From: Bugula neritina
Lineage: Eukaryota; Animalia; Bryozoa
DNA length: 64,000 bases
Assembly: GCA_964035545.1 (NCBI GenBank)
Contig: OZ037767.1
Span: forward strand, 3,607,680-3,671,679
Direction: 5' to 3'
Below, one piece after another: positions 44,400 through 57,500 of this stretch. Below the pieces are notes generated by a model. That model made no database searches, had not been told where the DNA came from, and saw only the letters and a program-made list of their open reading frames with translations. A program made the translations under genes and the position numbers. Every line of letters starts with the position of its first letter. Position 1 is the stretch's first letter.

Positions 44400-46703
44400 T
44401 ATCTTCCTCAATAACACACGCACACACACCTATATTGATATGTTATTTGTGCCCCAGTTGCTAAGGCAATATAGCAACATCAGGGAAGTATGATCATTAT
44501 TACTTTGTATAGTAGTAAGTTTGGGTTATATAGAGTCATACAAGGAAGTTGTATTGTTGTGCTGCATATAAACACAGTACAGTGTATTACAACATACCTT
44601 CGCATATGTGTTTTGACATAAAGCTTGTAGTTTAAACTACGACATAATAATATATAAAGGATCTTTTATAGAGTTATGTAACAGAGATTTTGTCAATTTT
44701 ATAAGGCAGCAATTTCACTATAAGTTCTAGCGTGACTTCATATAGTAGGCATCAAGTAAAAAAGAGTTGAAAGAGAATAGATGTATATGATAGCCTAAGA
44801 ACCTACCGTATGATACCCCTGGTACTGCGAGACCCTCATAATCACTTCCATTCACTTGAGTTTGTTCTAATATGTACTGTGCAGCAAGAATATGGGCAAT
44901 GTTTGTCATAGATATCTCGGCTGGAGCATGACATGTTGGTGACTGGGTCAGTTCAGCTATAAACACTATCTTTGCTGTGATGTTGGCTGGGAAATAGAAA
45001 ATAATTAAAATGTTAGCAATTATAGTCTGAGCAAAATAGGCATATAACAAATAGTATTATTACATAATTTCTTTGCTATGCATATATGTATTAATAAGTT
45101 ACATATTGAACCCCATTAGCAGGTCTAAATAATAGGCTATATTTGATACTGTATGCTTTGCTTTCCTAACATTTGTTTGAAAGACCAGCAATTCAAAGTA
45201 TATAATATTTTTACATGTAGTGACGACAGTGAACCTGTTTGGACTTTACATAAGCTGGGAAAGCTTTTCCATAATGCATGATAGCTTTTCACATATCATC
45301 TCAGCTATGCCAGCTATATTATGCTTTTTCCACATCTACTATATAGCTACTACGCAAAAGCTAATCTTTTTGACTAATAAAAAACCCAGCATTTTTCACT
45401 TATCCATACTGGCGTCTCACACTTGTAACTTGCAACTTATAACTTATGATATAACCTTTTTCACATTGCTATTTTCTTTCAGTCTGTGACAATAAATATT
45501 TCTATATACATAAAACACAACAGAGCCAATGTACTTTTATAGTGTGACATCAACATTTGTTGTTGCTGCATGCATATCACTTGTAAAAAAATAAAATATG
45601 TCTATCTATAAGATAGGAAACCAATTTCAATTTATTTCATTTTTAAAATTCTCTGCATAGAATTCTATGCTATAAACCTCTAGCAAACTGCTAAGGGTTT
45701 ATGAAATAAGGTTTCCAGCCAAAGAAAAACTGCTAAGTCATACACTGCATAAAAATTCCAAGCTTCCTGGAAAGAAAATTGTTATGCAATGTTTGCAAAC
45801 ACCTATACATGTAATGTAACCACACCCAGAAATTCGTTTACATAATGTGTTGACCAGAGAAATGGAAACGCAGCCATGGAAACGCAGAGCTGTAATAGAA
45901 CATGCTAACCTTGAATTCATATATGACCCAGAATCTGCAAATGCTATACATATATAATTTTAAACAAATGTTTTCAAATGAAATTATTAGAAATATCAGT
46001 GTATGCAACTTGTAACTTTTAAAATGTTGAATCATGAATTTAATCTTAATTTATATTAGTCAAATTCAACATTATTTTAAGCTTTTAAAGCACAAAAATG
46101 CTCCAGTCTATAATAATGAGGAAAATAATGTGAAAGAAACTTTATCTCACCCCTAGCACATGTCTTATTATAGATGTGATATATAGGCATGGTAAGTGTG
46201 ATAAAATAGTGATGTGACCGAAAGTGTGATATTATAATCACATATAAATACTATATCCTATTAGACTTATAATATCACACCAGTATCATACCGATAGCAT
46301 GCTTATATAACACCGGTATTGTTCTTATACCACACCAACAACACCAACATTACATAACCTATTCCATTATGAAACAACGGACTTAGTATTTGGATAATTA
46401 TAGTAGACCTTAGACGGCTTCATCAACACAAAAGTGCACGTGAGTAAAATTTGTGATAAGAAAACCAAATCTAGTGACATGTAGATAGGCTACTTTTACC
46501 TGCTCTAATGACATTTAGATAGACTACTTTTACCTGCTCTATAGTGACATGTAGATAGACTACTTTTACCTGCTCTATAGTGACATGTAGATAGACTACT
46601 TTTACCTGCTCTATAAGTGACATGTAGATAGACTACTTTTACCTGCTCTAATGATTGATAGAGTGAATAGAATACAGGAGAGAATATTTAGTAGTCTACC
46701 CAT
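35433..46703 (-). CDS. Tandem Venus-flytrap (class C GPCR/ANF_receptor-like) single-pass receptor; carries frame lesions, possible pseudogene or truncated allele
   Basis: Exons 46703-46643 (signal peptide [20 protein letters not shown]), 44986-44807, 43963-43841, 43124-42958, 42611-42504, 42285-42142, 41768-41212, 40476-40326, 40000-38294, 36621-36520 and 35814 onward. mGluR/CaSR-like motifs occur twice: [26 protein letters not shown]...YGREG/YGKSG, plus RLTPSD and FWQQHFGC in the second domain. One hydrophobic helix [18 protein letters not shown]. In-frame TAA at 38343-38345. Confidence 0.75.
35861..35988. repeat. Dispersed repeat, copy A (pair with 37520-37645)
   Basis: tacactgtgt...ccagattccttaacactcaccactgtgcatg...ttttgggcaactttta shared between the two copies. 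Confidence 0.8.
37034..37102. repeat. Fold-back palindrome (34-bp arms, 1-nt spacer)
   Basis: tttgtggttttggttgccaagcaatgctgaagtg-g-cacttcagcatttctcagcaactaagaccacaaa; about 5 mismatches. Confidence 0.75.
37520..37645. repeat. Dispersed repeat, copy B
   Basis: Homologous to 35861-35988. Confidence 0.8.
40716..41162. mobile_element. Non-autonomous DNA transposon (MITE), possibly Kolobok-like
   Basis: TIRs agttgcgtttatacct / aggtataaacgcaact with TTAA-like flanks; CpG-richer interior. Confidence 0.7.
43453..43706. mobile_element. MITE, PIF/Harbinger-like
   Basis: Imperfect long TIRs tcattcacgcttgtcgtattgtaggccgtaac / gttacggcctacggtacggcaagtgtgaatga; left end taa-GGCC. Confidence 0.7.
44221..44490. 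mobile_element. Fold-back element: ~90-bp inverted arms around a (TA)n core
   Basis: tacttccctaatgttgctatattgcc...gaagaagata-(TA)n-tatcttcctcaataac...ggcaatatagcaacatcagggaagta. Confidence 0.8.
46472..46650. repeat. Five-copy 34-37-bp tandem repeat spanning the first exon/intron junction of the VFT receptor
   Basis: Unit tagtgacatgtagatagactacttttacctgctcta. Confidence 0.95.
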
Positions 46704-47091
46704 CTCAAATGATTTTAGCAAACTGGTTTCAAGGACTTGCATAGTAGTCATGTAATACTGTAAGCTCAAAGGCACTTAAGTTTTGGCTGTTTGTTTATGT
46801 GGCTAACTTGAGCTAATATCTATATATTTGCTTATTATTAGCATATAAAATAGATGAAACTAAAATTATATTGTAAAACAAGGAAGTATTTGCTAACATA
46901 AAAGGTATTTATACAGCTGCCTATTGAAATAATTCACGTCACACTTACGATAATTATATAATTATATTAGTGAAATGTTTTGATACACTGTGTTTGGTTT
47001 CTTAAAAATTCCCTTTAACATTTTTCTAAATTAGTCAGCTTTGTGTCAAAAAACTAATAATTTTGTTTGGAAGTTGAAAGCAATATAATAC

Positions 47092-47463
<372 letters not shown>

Positions 47464-48675
47464 GATATTATAATAAGAATAATTATATGCATAATACACT
47501 GTAATATATATTATTGAATTTCAGCTTAGTTTGGTAAATTTCAAATTTAAGTTCAAGTGGCATGTGGAATATTCATATGATTTTTTGATTTTTAGAGTTA
47601 TTTGTAAATTAATTAAATCCTTACAGTTTTAATTTTGTTTAATAAATCCAGAATTATACAATTTACAATAATTTTTGACAAAGCAGTTGTAATGTAAATG
47701 CTGTAAGCTTATAATTTTATTGAAAATGTTCAATGATTTGTAAATTATGATTTATAAATTAAACATTATAGTAGCTGTCTACTCTTTTTAAATTTGTGAA
47801 ACAATTATATACATATCGTGCATAAACTTTGCACTTGCATTTAAATATTGCTACAAGCACACAGCTAACAAAGTGATCCTATCTTAGTTTTGGTCACACA
47901 ACTCCTGTAAGGACTGCTTAGCTATGATTAATCCTCTTTAAAATTTTGAAAATCTGCAAAATTTTGATCCTGAAGACTGCATGATGTAAGCTGCCTGTGC
48001 AAAACATACATTTAAGTTGCTGCTGCCAATGTTTCTGCTGTAACAGTTTACTAGGTAAATAGTTCAAGATGAGCTGCCATGAGAAGACAACTTTTATCAT
48101 ATAACAATAGGACTCAAAGTTTTCAGTTTTTATACTCAAGAATGTGTTTATACAGCTGCAATTAGCAATGTGATTAACATCAGACAACAACACAATATAT
48201 AAGGCCCCCTATGCAATGTTTTACCTGATTAGAATAAAATAATTACTTGCGCATATAGTTTTAATTATTTTGTTTTCTTTAAACAATCATGTAACTAGCC
48301 ATTTATTTTATTTATTTGTTTTTTTAATGTCATATGAGCATAAAGACTATTTTATTTGCATTAATCTATTTATTTCAATTTTTCAAAGTCAGGCATGTAT
48401 GTACATAAAGATTATTTCCTATTATAGGTGCCATATTATAGAATATAATAACAACGTTCTTTTGTAAAGCACAGTTTAATATTAACCTTTATAATTTATC
48501 ATCAGCGAAGGTATAGACTATATAGAATAATAATCCTGTTGGATGGTTGAATCATTTTACAATGATTAGCTGATTACAGGAGAAAAGCTAGCTTATTGCG
48601 ATGCTTTCAGAGTTTTACAAGATAATATCAGACAGCTTATTATCATATTGATGTCATTTGAATAATGGATAACAG

Positions 48676-48682
48676 TATAAAA
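48676..48682 (+). promoter_or_regulatory. Putative TATA box of the Ly6 gene
   Basis: TATAAAA about 85 nt upstream of the ATG at 48761. AT-rich context makes this weak evidence. Confidence 0.4.
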
Positions 48683-48760
48683 CAAAGCCATTAACAAATA
48701 GCAATTCATATGACAGCTTCAACAGCATTGGATTAGTTAGAAGATTGAATATTTCTCATC

Positions 48761-49824
48761 ATGAGTAAAATAATCTTATTTTCTCTGATAGCTGTCGGTT
48801 AGTATCGAAATTTGAGTTATACTGCCTAATATAAAACATAAACTCATTGCATTTTAGTTCAACAAGAAATGTACTTGATAAAATTATTTTTATTGCGGAG
48901 CAATTGACAATATAGATTGTATTCAAATTATGTGTACCAACAGCATCTAGTTTTTTATTTTTTAATCAAACTGTTTTAAAATTTTTAAATTATACAAGTG
49001 ATAATGAAAATAAAATTAAGATTGACAAATTTCTTACAAAAAGTTTGAATTAAATTTAAGCTTTTAAAATTGAAAAAACTTTTTCAAACTCAGTAAAGAT
49101 TTGTTTAATATAATAAATGTGTTGCAGGATTATTTGGCGTGAATGAAGCCATCAAGTGTTACACGTGTAGTAACTGCGGTGACCCATACATCGGGAATCC
49201 TAGTCAGCTTCTCAGCTGCCAAACTGGAGTTGCTAGTTGCTTGAAAACTCAGTCTAACGCTGCCGGCACTGAAACCAGTGAGTAGTTTCTAAATTCAGCA
49301 TGAATTATAACTATAAGCATTGCATCTACAGTAGAAGTCATGTAATAGTTATATATATATTATATATACTATGCTGGTACAAAATAAAATTGTGTAATGG
49401 TTATATACAATATTGTTGCATATATTATATATTAATATATTATATATCTTTATGCATGCTTTTTTATACATATTATGTACTATCACTTGATATTATCACT
49501 ATATAATATAATATATATGACTATATATCATAATATTGTACAGAGTTATATTTATAATATATCATTATACAATCGTAGCATCAGAGTTTGCATTAACTTT
49601 TATATTTCTCAGTCATATATAATATTTGATTATTTTAAGCTGTAAGAAGCTGTGGGACAATAGCAGCTGCTGCTTCTTTGGGCTGTACGACAGCAGAAGT
49701 GTTCGGAATCAAAACAGACACTTGTTTCTGTAAAGGAGATGCCTGTAACACAGCCACTCTCGCCAAAGTCTCCTACATAAGCATGATTGCTGTCATCACT
49801 CTACCCATTGCTGTATTTTATTGA
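48761..49824 (+). CDS. GPI-anchored Ly6/uPAR three-finger protein (quiver/sleepless-like), ~123 aa
   Basis: Exons 48761-48797, 49128-49277, 49640-49824 give MSKIILFSLIAVGLFGVNEA-IKCYTCSNC...C...C...RSC...GC...CFCKGDACN-TATLAKVSYISMIAVITLPIAVFY*. Signal peptide, 10-Cys LU pattern ending in CN, hydrophobic GPI-type tail. Confidence 0.9.
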
Positions 49825-50792
49825 TTTAATCAACATGAGTCATCAGTAACTTTAGATTAGATAAAATTATGCAAATATGCATGCAGTTAACAAACGCTTT
49901 AGAGTTTATAAATCTATTTAATTATAATTCTTAAAAAGATTAGCTCGAGTTCTTCTTATTATTTTTGAATTTTTACTTTTCATGTCTATAACAAAAATAA
50001 TTTGTAATTTCCGAACAAAATATAAAGTAAAATACAATAAATATATGGAATGATATGACAGTCTAATTTATATAAAGTTTGTAATAACATAGATGTAATA
50101 CATCAAGAAATGAAACATACATGTCATATGTAATATCGCATACTTAATGCACTATAATATATTTATATTACAAAACATTATATATAGTTAACTTCATTAG
50201 CATAGTTGTTCATATAAACTTATATTATGTACAGAGCAGTTTACTAAATCATCATAACTATACTCAAATTTATTTTACTAAGAGCAGAAAATAACTATGT
50301 CATTATATTCTTGGTATAATAAATTTAGTTTCAATTAAATTATATTTGATTCATGTTGACTTATGTCACAGTTGTGTAGTAATATTAATAAGCAATTCAA
50401 ATTACTATAAACTTTGCGTAAAATGTGCAAAAAATATGTTTTTAATACTTTAATTTTATTCATAAACAAAGCAAATTGTAATTTTCGTTCTTCAAGACTG
50501 TAAATATTTTTAAAAACAAAGCAATTGTCATTGGAGCTTCACTTCATTCATATCCTTTATGAAGTTTTGCTAATTAATGTAAAGTTTGTAGATGTAAGCA
50601 CTGCTATCTTATCACAAGCTATTAAAGCTTGTTAATTAAATCATCAAATTAGCTTAGTAGATTCTTGAAGGCAATATTATGACTAAAATTGATATCTATA
50701 ATATGCCTTTTAAAAAGCAAATGCTTACTTGAATGTCTACAGAAGAAATAATATGGTAGGACTTTATGCTAAGCATAAATGAATCTCCCAAA

Positions 50793-51007
50793 TGCAGCCA
50801 TTGTCTAGGGGTTAGAGCGTTTGCTTTGTGAACACGAAGTCATGGGTTCGAACCCCGACAAAGGCCATTGGTGATGTTAGGAAGAGCATCCAGTCACAAT
50901 TGCTCCTGTGTCTCATTTAAACAAGTCCTTAGCTCGCTCCAACAAAAACCCTTTCCATTGGGGTTTCTCGCAGGGATAGTGACTATAAACTTGCATAAGT
51001 TTTCTTT
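50793..51007 (+). mobile_element. tRNA-derived SINE, full-length with TSD
   Basis: A box (tgtctaggggttagagcg) and B box (gggttcgaaccc); flanking imperfect 18-bp duplication ataaatgaatctcccaaa (50775) / ataaatgaatatctcaaa (51008). Confidence 0.88.
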
Positions 51008-52732
51008 ATAAATGAATATCTCAAAACATATTTTCATAAAATAAAATATGAATTTAGTTTGAGCAATCAGTTAAAAGTCTCGTTAATATCACCAACTAGA
51101 GCCATACTTCAAAAGTACACATATATAGCTTATGAATAAATTTATATACAGGCTACTACATTTTATTTTAATAATGATAATGGAGATGATCTTGAAAATG
51201 TTTACTTATCGTAAAAAAGAACATAGGTGTAATTCTTCACCTTTAGCATTAGATTCTATTTGATATGTTCATAATTTTGAGTTAGCTGCCAAATTTATTC
51301 TGCAATTTATATCAAAATTTGAGAGAGGACAACTTCACATATAAAAGTCGAGAAATTTATAAACCCATGTTTCTTGAGAATTTATTTTTTGAACTCTAAT
51401 CAAATAGATGAACTTTAACAAATAAGCAAACTTGAAAATCAGTCAATGTGTCATTTATTGCCTTGTAAACAGCAGCATATCTCTGTATATAATATGCTGT
51501 TGTATATACATTAGTACTGCCTAATTTAATCAAACTTGATGGAGTTTTTATAAATTAGCATAGAATAAGCATGTCAAAAGTTGCAAAAAAACTTAAAACA
51601 AGTACCTTGAACTCCACTTGAAATGTTTTAATAATGATAACAACAAAAGACAAGCTGCTTTCTGACTAGTTGCCTGTCATGTGACCAGTTAGTTCCGGTA
51701 TCAACCAGTATTGTCTTCACTGTTATTATAGCGACTCTGCCTACTTATTCAACACTCAGTAATACAACTCATCTCTATAAATAATTTGCATCAAATTAAA
51801 ACAGTTCTCAAACCATCTATCTTATTTGTTATAACTTACCTAATAGTCCTCCAGGTATTTAGAAGACAGCATAATAATATTATGTTATAATTACCTCTTA
51901 CAAGCACGCCATGTTACAGGTATTTGCATTAATTATAAGCTTTACTTAAACTGGAAAGCATTAAATATTCGTTGCTCTTATTTTGATATAGCCTAGGAAA
52001 TTCACTGTTGTATGTGCGTTGTTAATGCTATTTTGACTAGCTATAGAATCCCGGTTTTATTTATTATGTACTTCGATAAACTTGGTTTGGCAAACGATCA
52101 ACTACATAAACTAGTTGAAACCAGTTTTTGTTATGCTATAGGATATGGTTGGACACATTCTAATAGATAAGCCTGCAAACTGGTTGTTCCTACAAAATTA
52201 GTAAACAGCTACATACAGCAAAGGCTGGTAATGCTTTAGCATTATTTCTTTAACTCTTGATTCTCTTAGAACAACTTATTTCAGTCAATGGGAAAGCTTC
52301 AAAGGATCTTGTTGTCAGCAACTTTGCTATAAGTTCATAGTTGAACTACTGCTCCAGCAGACTCAACACTGCAGTACGTGGACTATACAAGTTGAGAAGA
52401 ACCTATCTGGTAAGTAATTATATGTTCTTGTGTAAGTTTTTCGTTATATCTTGCAGTTACAGTAATATGGTATGCAATGCATGAGAATTGCAAGGGTACA
52501 CATATGCAAAGGATGACATACTATAGGCATAGGTTTGTGTGCAATTAATTTGCACCAGTCTCAGCTTATAAGCAGTCAACAGTCTTCATAGGTATTTTAT
52601 TGCTGTGTTGAAAACCAACATCAACATGTCAGTCTATTGCCTGCAACTGCAAACTGATAAATACAGTAAAAATAGCAACTCTGAAGTTTTAAAACTTATT
52701 TTAATATTATTGCACCAGAAATACTTATCAAG

Positions 52733-52950
52733 GAAGCAGCAGTGGTCTAGGGGTTATAGCGTTTGCTTAGTAAACACTAAGTTATGGGTTCGAGCCTAGA
52801 CAGAGGCCATTGGTGATGTTAGGAACAGCATATAGTCATAATTTCTCCCGTGCCTCATCTGAATAAGTCCTTATATAGCTGCTTTAAGAAAAAACCTTTT
52901 AATCAGGAGGTTCTCACAGGGATAGCGACTATAAACTTGCGTGAGTTTAT
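52733..52950 (+). mobile_element. tRNA-derived SINE, full-length with TSD
   Basis: Same family; 16-bp duplication agaaatacttatcaag (52717) / agaaatacttatccag (52951). Confidence 0.88.
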
Positions 52951-53003
52951 AGAAATACTTATCCAGTTGAGCACAATATGGTATCAGATCTTTAGAATAT
53001 GTG

Positions 53004-53707
<704 letters not shown>

Positions 53708-53830
53708 GTTGTGTGCGAGCACTGTATTTACCATCAATCTTCATGTTTGCTAAAAAGATGCATTGTTTGTAGTGTACAGAGCTGTTTTAGTTACAAAGCC
53801 AAACCATGAATAGACTACTTTTTTCTCCAG

Positions 53831-54490
53831 TCACTCGCAATATTCTAGCTAGAAAAGTTTCACAGATAACTCCTCTAAGCTTCATTTCATCTGGAAAACT
53901 TCGACTTGATGAAGAGAAATTGTAAGTATGACAACTCCAACTTTATAGCTTATAACATGCAGTTTGTGTGACAACTCCAAACCATTGGCTATAATGACTT
54001 GTAAAAAGTAAGACAACTCCAATATGCTTCTACCATTATTGAGGTTCTGCTAGGAAGATATGACAACTTTTAAATAGATAATAATATAATGACAATGCAA
54101 ATATATATCAATAGTTGTTTTTCAATTAAATTTAAAATTTTGTTAGCTGTTTTTTGTGTTGCATAATATAATAGAATCAACTAGTGAAGTTACTTTTGAG
54201 TATTTTTATCTGCAAAAACAACAAAAAAGCTTCAATTATTAATATGACACTAGCATACAGTTTGCAGTAAAGTTTCAATTATTATCCAACAGAAAAGGAG
54301 CTCAATGGACAGATGATGCTAAAGTAGTGATAATTGGAGGGGGGTGTGTCGGCACGTCCCTAGCTTACCATTTAGCCAAGAAAGGGGTCAAGGACGTTGT
54401 GCTGTTAGAAAAGAGTGAGTTGACTGCAGGCTCCACTTGGCATGCGGTAAGACACCTTCCAAAACCAAGTATACAAAACAATTCAATTCA

Positions 54491-54544
<54 letters not shown>

Positions 54545-57500
54545 GGAAGGCAATACAATTTGTTGTATAGTTTTGTGCAAAAATCTTAAGTTGGTGCACA
54601 TCTGCCAAGTAAGTCAATAAACTGTAGTATCCTTCATTTAAAAGTATGTGATTCTGTTATAATATCATATTAATTGTCAATAAAGGTTTTGTAGCATTAT
54701 ATAACTTATCAAATGTGTTTAACTTCTCACCCAGTGTTTTCAAAGCTAGAGTGATAAGTAATTTTATACATGTATGCCAGTGATGGTATACTGAGCCTTA
54801 TGGTGATGGCTTTATATAATTGGGTTGATTCAATTGTAGGCGGGGTTAGTGACATACTTTAACGGAACAACCAACATGAAAAAGATCCATCACTACTGCA
54901 TGGAAGTGCTTGCGAATATAGAAAAAGAAACTGGCCAGGTTTGATTATAGAACGGCTTTTAATATTTATTTGTTGTGTTTATGTTATACACTCAAGCAAG
55001 CTGTGTGATAATTAACATGACCAATTTATCTAAATATAACTGTTTGTACTTTAATTGCTATATTTTCCGACTTTTAATTAAAATAAGCTATTATTAATAG
55101 TGATGAAAAAGAACGGTGACATTAATATATATTTAAAAACCATTTCTGTTGTCTTCTCATTTAAATTTTATGTAACAAAGTAATAGTTATATAGTTGTGG
55201 TATTCATATATAGATTTGTTTTTATATAAAACATAGCTATTGTATTATTGGGGGGTTCTTTGCTATAATATAATATTAGGGGGCCTATTATACATTTTAT
55301 AAAAAATTCAGCAAGTTTTGACTGACAATAGTAAGTGTTGTATGCTGACGGTTGATTAACCCATGTGGATTAAATAATAGGTAATATAATATGATGTGAG
55401 AAATGCAATTGGTGCTTTTCTAGTTTAAAAATACTGATATGAAACATAAAAATAAATATTTTCAAGATACATTATTGAGTTGTCTTCTCTTTTATTAGCA
55501 AGTTGGATTCCATAACTGCGGAAGCCTTAGATTAGCTACGACTGAAAGCCGACTAGATGAAATGAAGTATCAGCTATCACGGGCATTATGGCATCCGGCC
55601 CATATTGAGTTAATTGGTCCAGAAAAAGTTCACGAGCTACACCCTTTGCTGAATATGGACATGGTAAGCTATGAATTAATTACTGTATTGTTATGTTATT
55701 ATAATATATTGCTATATAGCTCAACAGCTGGCAAACTGCAAATGGAATATTATTATGACTCTGGTTAAAGAGAGTTTTGAAGAGGCTATTGAAAGGAATT
55801 TACAAAATAATTAATGTTGTTAGCCTTTGGAATAGTGTAAGGGCTCTACAATATTATTTGTTAAGGAAGCATTCTATTAATAGGGTTTATTTTACACTGT
55901 CATCAAAGTAAACCATAAGCAATGATAGGCTATAGTTTATAATAAAACAGACATTCTTATGGGTTTTCTGTCATTCAAGTTCATTAAAAATTACTGTAGA
56001 AAAAGAATGTTCAAAACTAACTATAGATTTCCAGTTATATCAAAATAGTTTTTTGCATACTTTTAAAATAACACGTGTACTTTTTCTAGATTGTAGTTGA
56101 ATTACTAGATATTTTTTAAACAAAAATACTAAATAATTTGCGGTTCTGCATTTATATTTGTAGATCTTAGGTGGCTTGTACACTCCAAATGACGGGCACG
56201 TCGACCCATACTCTCTAACTCAGGCCTATGCAACTGGTGCTAGGGCTAACGGTGCTCAGATAGTTCAGTATTGTGATGTTTCAGACACAACTTTAAAGGA
56301 AAATGGTCGCTGGGAAATACAGACAGACAAAGGAGTTATTAAAACTGACCATGTGGTCAATGCAGCAGGTTGACTATTGTCATAAATCATGCTAGAATTT
56401 GATTATATGATCACCTCAAACTTCGTTAACAAAATTCACTGTTTTATTTACTGTTTATTACTACATATTATAAAACAAAACTTGTTCACTCTTCTATTCA
56501 ATGTGCAGCCTATAATATGCTTAGCTAATCCAACTTTTCAAAAATATCTATCCAGGTCTGTGGGCTAGAGAAGTTGGAAAACTAGCTGGAATAACTTTGC
56601 CTATCATACCTGCCCATCATCAATACGTAATCACATCTAGTCTTCCTGAGGTAGAGGCGTTGGAAAGAGAGACACCAGTGATTAGAGACTTGGAAGGTGT
56701 TAACTGCATTAACTAAATCTATACACTAAATCTGTATAAACAAATGTTTACTAAGGCATCATTATGTATTTGATTGTTTATTTTATGAACTGCTTCTTGG
56801 AGTTGTATAACCTTTGTTTGTGAATCAAATTTGTGGAGCAAAACACTATTTTAGATGATTAATTTCTGAGTAGTTAGTGTTTTGTTGTATTGTTTTACAG
56901 GATCGTATTACTTGCGGCAAGAAAGGGGAGGATTACTGTACGGCCCTTATGAAGATAGAGAAAAAATGGATCTTTGCTATGATTGGTATGACAATGGGCC
57001 ACCTCAAGGTATTTTTAACTTTCTTTCTATAACCAACTCTATTCATTATGTATTTGAAAATAGTGCTTTAAACTCTGTTTTAGTAGTTAAAATATTATTA
57101 TTATACATGTTACTAAATTCTTGATAAGCACTAATAATTATTTCATATAGTAAATCCTAATAAGCACTGCATGGTAAGTAACATAATAAACACTAATATG
57201 CACTGATGAGCACTAATAAGCAATATCAAGTCAACAATTGATACTTATAAGCACCAATAAGCCGATGATACAAACTGGTAAATAATAGTAAACATTAATG
57301 ACCACTGATAAGCATTAGTATAGACACTAATTTAAGTAAAAACAAGCACTGATGAGCAATAATAGGCACTAATAAGCACAAATGAACTCTTATATAATTC
57401 ACAGAATTACATTTGTGTTATTATTAAGGATTTGGTAAAGAACTGTTCCAGCCGAACCTGGACAGAATATCTGACAACTCAGAGATGGCCATGCAGCTGG

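Noticed and set aside
46472-46650. CRISPR-like 36-bp repeats
   Set aside because: Head-to-tail units with no spacers, eukaryotic context and no cas genes.
50794-50860. Apparent tRNA gene (also at 27582 and 52733)
   Set aside because: No proper acceptor stem, the anticodon region differs between copies, and each continues into a shared body with TSDs, so these are SINE heads.
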